This document shows, piece after piece, positions 58,645 to 64,000 of a stretch of DNA of 64,000 nt; the stretch's first letter is position 1; every line of letters begins with the position of its first letter. A program made the translations under genes and the position numbers. This DNA comes from Chitinophagales bacterium (GTDB lineage Bacteria; Bacteroidota; Bacteroidia; Chitinophagales; JADIYW01), in NCBI GenBank assembly GCA_017984135.1, contig JAGNZZ010000001.1, positions 119,801 to 183,800 of the forward strand. Reading direction: 5' to 3'. Under the pieces are notes generated by a model. The model was not told the DNA's origin. It did no database searches and saw only the letters and a list, made by a program, of their open reading frames with translations.

Positions 58645-58845
58645 GTTTTTATAAGATTCCCTTTTACAAGGGAATGACATTTGTGTATTAATGTAACCAT
58701 GTCATTCCCACGAAAGTGGGAATCTTACTTTATTCCATTTTTTCTTTTCATTTTTTTATGAGATTCCCTTTTACAAGGGAATGACATTTGTATCTTAATG
58801 TAACCACGTCATTCCCACGAAAGTGGAAATCTTACATTATTTCAA
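58645..58845. repeat. Two further tandem copies of the same 107-bp structured repeat, upstream flank of the GIY-YIG gene
   Basis: Anchor 'gattccc' at 58655 and 58762, in the same orientation as the left block. The last copy runs up to the mccA stop codon (58846). Confidence 0.85.
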
Positions 58846-60861
58846 TCATTCTTTCATTTTTATCAATAACGTTCCGTTTTCTACAAATTGTTTTTCATTA
58901 ACATATATTTCTTCTACTTCGCCGTCGCTGTGGGCTTCAATGGTGCTTTCCATTTTCATAGAAATCATTTTTAATAAAGCATCGCCACTTTTTATTTTGT
59001 CGCCGGCTTTTACTAATACTGCCGTTATTTCGCCTGGCATGGGTGCAATGTATGCACCTTTTACTGTTTCTTCAATTGGACTTGGAAATTTATCTACACT
59101 AAACAAAACAATTTGCCCAAGTTGTGGTGAATGTATGAAATATTGATTACCGTTTTTAGAGAAGAAAAATTTTCGACGAATATTATTTATTTCAAAAGTG
59201 TGCCAATTGTTTCGGGATTTCTCTCTCGCCTTAAGCGAGATCGAATGAAGGTGCTCGTTATAGGTATGGTGTTTTGAAGCGAAATGTTTATCTGCAAATG
59301 AAATATGTAAATATCCGTTTTCGTTTTTGTATTCTACCAAAAATTCAAAGCCGTTAAAGCTGTATTTTTCTTGTTGCGCTTGATAGAAATTATTGCGCCA
59401 ACCTGCAGGAACGCCTTTTGCTAAGGATCTTTCATTTTCTCTTTGTAAAAAACGATAATGTTGCAAGGCACAAGTCAAAATATCCAAGGTTTCTTGCGGA
59501 TAATTTTCACCGGTATATTGGAATTTGTTATCCAAGAAATGCGTATCAAAATTTCCATTTTGGAAATCTTCGTTTTGTAATATAGATACTAAGAAATTTT
59601 TGTTTGTTGTAAAACCAGTTAAAACAGTTTCTTGCAATGCTAAAGTCAATTTAGCGATGGTTTCGTTTCTGTTTTTTCCTTTAGCAATTATTTTTGCAAT
59701 CATTGGGTCGTAGAAAGTTGAAATTTCTGAACCGCTTTCAATTCCGGTGTCATAACGCAAACCATCAATAGTTGCAGGTTGCCAATTCAAAATTTTTCCA
59801 CTTACTGGCATAAAATTGTTGGCTGCATCTTCGGCATATAAACGCACTTCAATAGCGTGTCCGTTTTGGGTAATTTCATTTTGTGTAAAAGGAATTGCAC
59901 TTCCTTGTGCTACTTCTATTTGCAATCGAACTAAATCTAAATGGGTAACTTCTTCTGTAACTGGATGTTCGACTTGCAAACGCGTGTTGACTTCCAAAAA
60001 ATAATAAGATTGGTCGTGAGTAACAATAAACTCTACTGTTCCAGCATTATCGTATTGAATAGCTTTACATGCAGCAACAGCCGCATCACCCATTTTTTTT
60101 CGTGTTTCTTCTGTGATAAAAGGAGATGGGCTTTCTTCTATTATCTTTTGATAACGCCGTTGAATACTACATTCACGTTCAAAAATATGCAATGCATTTC
60201 CATGTTTATCTCCAAAAATTTGAAACTCTATATGTCGAGCAGAATCGAAATATTTTTCTATTAAAAGTGTATCATCGCCGAAACCATTTAATGCTTCTGA
60301 TTTTGCTTCGGCAATGGCTTTGTCTAACTCTTTTTCTTCACACACAATGCGCATACCTTTACCGCCACCGCCAGCACTTGCTTTCAATAAAACAGGAAAT
60401 CCAATTTCAATTGACTTTGTTTTAATGGTTTCAATACTTTGGTCATCGCCTTGATAGCCAGGAATGGTTGGAACATGGTGTGCTTGCATAATTTTTTTTG
60501 CACCAATTTTAGAGCCCATCACTTCAATAGCTTTTGGATGAGGTCCAACCCAAATCATGTTTTCAGCTATCACTCGTTGAGCAAATTCAACACGCTCGCT
60601 CAAAAAACCATAACCTGGATGAATAGCATTTGCACCGGTTTTTTTTGCTGCATCCATAATTTTATCGATTATTAAATACGATTCATTCGGTTGCTTTCCT
60701 CCGATACGAACAGCTTCATCAGCGAGTTTAACAAACAATGCATTTTCATCCGCATCAGAAAAAACAGCAACAGTGGCAATGCCCATTTCTCTGCACGTTT
60801 TAAAAATCCTGCAAGCAATTTCCCCACGATTGGCAACTAATAATTTTTTTATTTTAGACAT
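58846..60861 (-). CDS. mccA: Biotin-dependent acyl-CoA carboxylase alpha subunit (biotin carboxylase plus BCCP), methylcrotonyl-CoA carboxylase type by context
   Basis: KKLLVANRGEIACRI start, ATP-grasp motifs, and a C-terminal biotinyl domain (SMKME). Confidence 0.85.
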   Translation of the reverse strand: MSKIKKLLVANRGEIACRIFKTCREMGIATVAVFSDADENALFVKLADEAVRIGGKQPNESYLIIDKIMDAAKKTGANAIHPGYGFLSERVEFAQRVIAENMIWVGPHPKAIEVMGSKIGAKKIMQAHHVPTIPGYQGDDQSIETIKTKSIEIGFPVLLKASAGGGGKGMRIVCEEKELDKAIAEAKSEALNGFGDDTLLIEKYFDSARHIEFQIFGDKHGNALHIFERECSIQRRYQKIIEESPSPFITEETRKKMGDAAVAACKAIQYDNAGTVEFIVTHDQSYYFLEVNTRLQVEHPVTEEVTHLDLVRLQIEVAQGSAIPFTQNEITQNGHAIEVRLYAEDAANNFMPVSGKILNWQPATIDGLRYDTGIESGSEISTFYDPMIAKIIAKGKNRNETIAKLTLALQETVLTGFTTNKNFLVSILQNEDFQNGNFDTHFLDNKFQYTGENYPQETLDILTCALQHYRFLQRENERSLAKGVPAGWRNNFYQAQQEKYSFNGFEFLVEYKNENGYLHISFADKHFASKHHTYNEHLHSISLKAREKSRNNWHTFEINNIRRKFFFSKNGNQYFIHSPQLGQIVLFSVDKFPSPIEETVKGAYIAPMPGEITAVLVKAGDKIKSGDALLKMISMKMESTIEAHSDGEVEEIYVNEKQFVENGTLLIKMKE

Positions 60862-61246
60862 ATTTTGATTTCAGATTTATGATTTCAGATTTATGATTTT
60901 TTTTAGCTTTTAGTGTTTTTAGAATAGCTGAAAATATAGCAGTTAATTCATTTGATTCTTTGATTAATTCTTCTAATCCATTTAATTTTGAATTTGTTTC
61001 TTCAAATAGTTCAACCCAATAAATACATTCATCTGCTTCTTCTTGAACAATATTTATTTTATTGATAAAATCTGGGTTTGATTTACCTCTTAATGCAGAA
61101 CGATAATTTGCACCAACGGATGTTGATGCTCTAACGATTTGTTTAATTATGATTACATTAGCATAAGTCGGTTTTATGTTTTCAGTAAATTTTATAGTAT
61201 TTACAGCAAATTTTTTTGTTCTATTTCGTAGTTCAATTGAGTTCAT
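60854..61246 (-). CDS. Four-helix-bundle protein (23S rRNA intervening-sequence protein family), copy 2
   Basis: SVGANYRSALRGKSNPDFINKINIVQEEADECIYWVEL. The 3' end overlaps the mccA start by 8 nt (TATGTCTAA). Confidence 0.85.
   Translation of the reverse strand: MNSIELRNRTKKFAVNTIKFTENIKPTYANVIIIKQIVRASTSVGANYRSALRGKSNPDFINKINIVQEEADECIYWVELFEETNSKLNGLEELIKESNELTAIFSAILKTLKAKKNHKSEIINLKSKYV
60866..60903. repeat. Perfect 14-nt tandem duplication (gatttcagatttat x2, plus a partial third) with a T-run
   Basis: Units at 60867-60880 and 60881-60894. They encode the last ~13 aa of four-helix-bundle copy 2. Related to 50395-50414, 10485-10510 and 57977-58006. Confidence 0.75.
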
Positions 61247-61252
61247 ATTATA

Positions 61253-61282
61253 AATCTTAAATCTGAATTCTTAAATCATAAA
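61253..61282. repeat. Inverted copy of the 30-nt AT-rich element
   Basis: Reverse complement tttatgatttaagaattcagatttaagatt versus 57977-58006. Lies between the mccB stop (61288) and the four-helix-bundle start (61246). Confidence 0.6.
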
Positions 61283-61287
61283 TTCAA

Positions 61288-62892
61288 TTACATTCTAAAC
61301 ACACCCCAAGCATTTGTTCCTTTTACTTCATTTATATAGGTTAATGCTAATATTAACCCAAATACATGTCGTGTATCTCTTGGGTCGATGATGCCATCAT
61401 CCCAAAGTTGACCTGTAGCAAAGAATGCATTACTTTGTTTTTCTATTTCCATTTTCATAAATTCTTTCATTTGTGTTGCTTGTGTTTCGTCGTATTGTTG
61501 ACCAGATTTAATAGCGGCTTCTTTGCTGACCATTTGCATGACACCAGCTAATTGTTCTGCACCCATAACCGCAATCATAGAGTTTGGATAGGAAAATAAA
61601 AAACGTGGATTATAAGCTCGACCGCACATCGCATAATTTCCTGCGCCATACGATGCGCCCATCATTAAAGTAAACATAGGTACTTCGGAATTAGAAACCG
61701 CATTAATCATCTTGGCACCATCTTTAATAATGCCACTTTGTTCGTAATCTTTTCCCACCATAAATCCTGTAATGTTTTGTAAAAATAGGATAGGTGTGTG
61801 GTTCATATTGCACAACTGAATAAAGTGTGCACCTTTGTTAGACGAATCATTAAATAAAACGCCATTATTTCCGATGATTGCAATAGGATAACCGTGAATT
61901 TTTGCATAACCGCAAACTAACGTAGTGCCATATTCTTTTTTAAACTCGTGAAACTCTGAACCATCTACTATGCGAGCAATTACTTCTCGGCAATCAAAAG
62001 GAACTTTAGTGTCCACAGAAACAATTCCGAGTAACTCGTCGATAGGATAATGAGGTTCTTTATAATTTTGAGATTTGAGATTTTGGATATGAGATTTTAA
62101 ATTTAGATTAGCCATTAATTCTCTTGCAATTCTGATTCCATCTAATTCATCTTGCGCTAAATAATCGGAAACGCCTGAAATTTTTGAATGCATTTCTGCT
62201 CCACCTAAAGTTTCATCATCTACAATTTCATTCGTAGCCATTTTTACTAATGGTGGTCCGGCTAAGAAAACTTTAGCATTGTTTTTAATGAAAATAGTAT
62301 AATCGCTCATACCTGGAATATATGCACCGCCGGCAGTTGAATTTCCAAAAACGATAGAGATCGTTGGCACACCTTGTTTAGAACGACGTGTAATTTCTTT
62401 GAAATTATTTCCACCTAAATTAAACACTTGTGCTTGGTCGGGCAAGTTGGCACCTGCACTTTCCACTAAACTGATTCCTGGTAAATTATTTTCTCGTCCA
62501 ATTTCTGAAATACGTAATGCTTTTTTCAAAGAAGCAATATCAATAGCACCACCTTTATTAGTGCCAACATTTGAAGTGATTAAACACATTTTTCCAGATA
62601 CAAAACCTATACCAGCAACCATAGTGCCACCTGTTCCAAAGCCACCTTTTACACCTAATCCTGCTAAAGGACATAATTCTAAAAATGGAGAATCTTGGTC
62701 GAGTAATAATTCTATTCGTTCACGGGCTAAGAACTTGCCTTGTGATTTCGCTTTAGTAGTATGTTTTTCATCTCCTTGAAATATGGATTGTTTGAGATGT
62801 TTTTCTAACTCAGCAATTTTATCAAGCATCTTAGAATAATTCTCTTTATATGATGCAGCGGTTGTATTTATTTTTGTTTTTATAGTGGACAT
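61288..62892 (-). CDS. mccB: Acyl-CoA carboxylase carboxyltransferase (beta) subunit, methylcrotonyl-CoA carboxylase type
   Basis: N-terminal region (GKFLARERIELLLDQDSPFLELCPLAG) resembles the MCC beta subunit more than PCC beta. Tandem crotonase-like CT domains, 534 aa. Confidence 0.85.
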   Translation of the reverse strand: MSTIKTKINTTAASYKENYSKMLDKIAELEKHLKQSIFQGDEKHTTKAKSQGKFLARERIELLLDQDSPFLELCPLAGLGVKGGFGTGGTMVAGIGFVSGKMCLITSNVGTNKGGAIDIASLKKALRISEIGRENNLPGISLVESAGANLPDQAQVFNLGGNNFKEITRRSKQGVPTISIVFGNSTAGGAYIPGMSDYTIFIKNNAKVFLAGPPLVKMATNEIVDDETLGGAEMHSKISGVSDYLAQDELDGIRIARELMANLNLKSHIQNLKSQNYKEPHYPIDELLGIVSVDTKVPFDCREVIARIVDGSEFHEFKKEYGTTLVCGYAKIHGYPIAIIGNNGVLFNDSSNKGAHFIQLCNMNHTPILFLQNITGFMVGKDYEQSGIIKDGAKMINAVSNSEVPMFTLMMGASYGAGNYAMCGRAYNPRFLFSYPNSMIAVMGAEQLAGVMQMVSKEAAIKSGQQYDETQATQMKEFMKMEIEKQSNAFFATGQLWDDGIIDPRDTRHVFGLILALTYINEVKGTNAWGVFRM

Positions 62893-62966
62893 AATTTTCT
62901 TTTTTTAAAACAACAGGATGTTTAAAAAACATTAACAAGTATAAGCATTTTCTATTAATTTGACTA

Positions 62967-62979
62967 AACGTTTGGTAAA
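62967..62979. promoter_or_regulatory. Candidate operator, copy 1 of AACGTTTGGTAAA
   Basis: Exact 13-mer repeated at 63053-63065. Contains the palindrome AAACGTTT. Lies where a -33 element for the minus-strand operon would be expected, relative to an imperfect -7 box TATACTTG at 62936-62943. Confidence 0.35.
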
Positions 62980-63052
62980 AAATTATTTGTAAAATTTGTG
63001 TTAATTCATATCAAGCACTTGATATTCAACATTAAAAGCGGTAAAACAAACG

Positions 63053-63065
63053 AACGTTTGGTAAA
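63053..63065. promoter_or_regulatory. Candidate operator, copy 2 of AACGTTTGGTAAA
   Basis: Exact 13-mer, embedded in CAAACG-AA-CGTTTG (63047-63060). Ends 2 nt before the -33 TTTG of the SCP2-gene promoter. Confidence 0.35.
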
Positions 63066-63067
63066 TA

Positions 63068-63099
63068 TTTGGAATAATTAAAATCTTTATTTACATTTG
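63068..63099 (+). promoter_or_regulatory. Bacteroidota promoter for the SCP2 gene (-33 TTTG and -7 TACATTTG)
   Basis: TTTG at 63068-63071, 20-nt spacer, TAcaTTTG at 63092-63099, ATG 33 nt further on. Confidence 0.5.
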
Positions 63100-63132
63100 T
63101 TTATTCATATTAATTAATAAAAATCAACTCAA

Positions 63133-63459
63133 ATGACAGCAAAAGAAATTGTATTAGGATTACCTAGCAGACTAAAATCAGAAGAATCTGCAGGACAAAG
63201 TGGAACCTTCCATTTTAAATTAGAAGGCGATAATGGAGGTGAATTTACAGTAACTGTAGCAGATGGTGTTTGTACAGTAGCAGAAGGTTTAAACGGAGAA
63301 GCTGATTGTCTAATCTCAGCATTAGCCAGCGATTTTGAAGATGCAGAAGAAGGACGTGTAAATAAACAAATGGCAGTAATGATGGGTAAAATTAAAATTA
63401 GTAATTTAGGAGCAATGCTTAAGTTTCTAGGAATGTTTAATGAAATAGAAGCAGCATAA
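63133..63459 (+). CDS. Stand-alone SCP2 sterol-carrier-like domain protein
   Basis: LPSRLKSEESAG...FHFKLEGDNGGEFTVTV...ADCLISA...MAVMMGKIKISNLGAMLKF. Same domain as the C-termini of the two ACAD fusions. Confidence 0.8.
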   Translation: MTAKEIVLGLPSRLKSEESAGQSGTFHFKLEGDNGGEFTVTVADGVCTVAEGLNGEADCLISALASDFEDAEEGRVNKQMAVMMGKIKISNLGAMLKFLGMFNEIEAA

Positions 63460-63481
63460 AGTACATTCTATCTTTATTATT

Positions 63482-63511
63482 AAAAACAGCTCTAAATGAG
63501 CTGTTTTTTTT
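63482..63511 (+). terminator. Rho-independent terminator
   Basis: Stem acagctc / gagctgt with a taaat loop, followed by an 8-T run. Confidence 0.75.
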
Positions 63512-63600
63512 ACGAATTCTAATTAAAACCGACCGAATGCTAATTTATCAAGCATAGCACATAGTTGATATCTAAGTTTACACTAATTAAAATAAAGACT

Positions 63601-64000
63601 ATGAAAAATAAACTAAAATTGGGAATAACTTGTTTAATAACATTTATTTCCTTGTTATTGATGATTACTTCTTGTAAAAAAGAAGCACCAATCAAAAATA
63701 AAAATTATGCTGATATTAAAAGTGTAAATTGGGAAGATCGAATTGGTGAAGAATTTGAAGTGGAAGGATTTATTATTTCAGAAGGAAATACTAAACCAAT
63801 TATTACTTCGGAGCCTGAAAATTACTTATTTGACGGCCTTTATCCAGAATCTGAATATTTACATCTAGAACTACAAAGTCCTAATGATAACTTAAATAGT
63901 TTTCATGGAAAGAAAGTTCGGATAAAAGGAATTTTAGAAAAAAATACAGATGCTTCTATTTTGGGTACTGCTGCAAAATTTGGCAATTCTTCTTTAGCTA
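63601..64000 (+). CDS. Lipoprotein of unknown function, N-terminal part (runs off the window end)
   Basis: Not in the ORF track because it has no stop. My translation: MKNKLKLGITCLITFISLLLMITSCKKEAPIKN..., with a lipobox (ITSC). The frame stays open to position 64000. Confidence 0.55.
   Translation, partial: MKNKLKLGITCLITFISLLLMITSCKKEAPIKNKNYADIKSVNWEDRIGEEFEVEGFIISEGNTKPIITSEPENYLFDGLYPESEYLHLELQSPNDNLNSFHGKKVRIKGILEKNTDASILGTAAKFGNSSLA

Noticed and set aside
58031-58845. Possible CRISPR array (regularly spaced direct repeats).
   Set aside because: The whole 107-111 bp unit is conserved, so there are no unique spacers. The period is far longer than repeat-plus-spacer in CRISPR arrays. 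No cas genes are present in the window. I treat it as a structured tandem repeat instead.

Overview
The window is an AT-rich, densely packed chromosomal segment (roughly 30% GC by eye, not computed) that looks like a free-living member of the Bacteroidota. Three things support this. A PhoD phosphatase carries a T9SS C-terminal sorting domain. Many genes have TAnnTTTG '-7' promoter boxes and no Shine-Dalgarno sequences; the only clear SD-like sequence I found is at the prfB frameshift site. Several phylum-typical families are present (GxxExxY, four-helix-bundle/23S-IVS proteins, an OB-fold surface lipoprotein next to a TonB-type receptor).

I support about 60 protein genes, mostly housekeeping: htrA, dapF, corA, prfB with its +1 frameshift, lipB, rluD, rnhA, nth, folK, sppA, an ABC-F ATPase, MscS and a PadR-PspC operon. 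I recognised no rRNA, tRNA, CRISPR array, transposase, integrase or known defence system.

The most unusual region is 52.0-62.9 kb on the minus strand. It is a methylcrotonyl-CoA carboxylase / enoyl-CoA hydratase / BKACE / double ACAD-SCP2 operon. Every junction between its metabolic genes holds either a small non-metabolic gene or a family-specific repeat. The small genes are two four-helix-bundle genes, one GxxExxY PD-(D/E)XK-fold gene and one GIY-YIG gene. The repeats include five copies of a 107-111 bp structured repeat around the GIY-YIG gene, and a gene-less 'empty' CGCAAAG inverted-repeat element.

Other points worth a second look:
- an AGPS-like/GlpD/lipid-kinase operon (possible ether-lipid route)
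- an EEP-nuclease/TonB-receptor/OB-fold-lipoprotein locus
- -7 promoter boxes that abut start codons, suggesting leaderless mRNAs
- a 56-aa Cys-rich micro-ORF overlapping the prfB stop codon

All functional calls come from reading the translated ORFs by eye. No database search was run.
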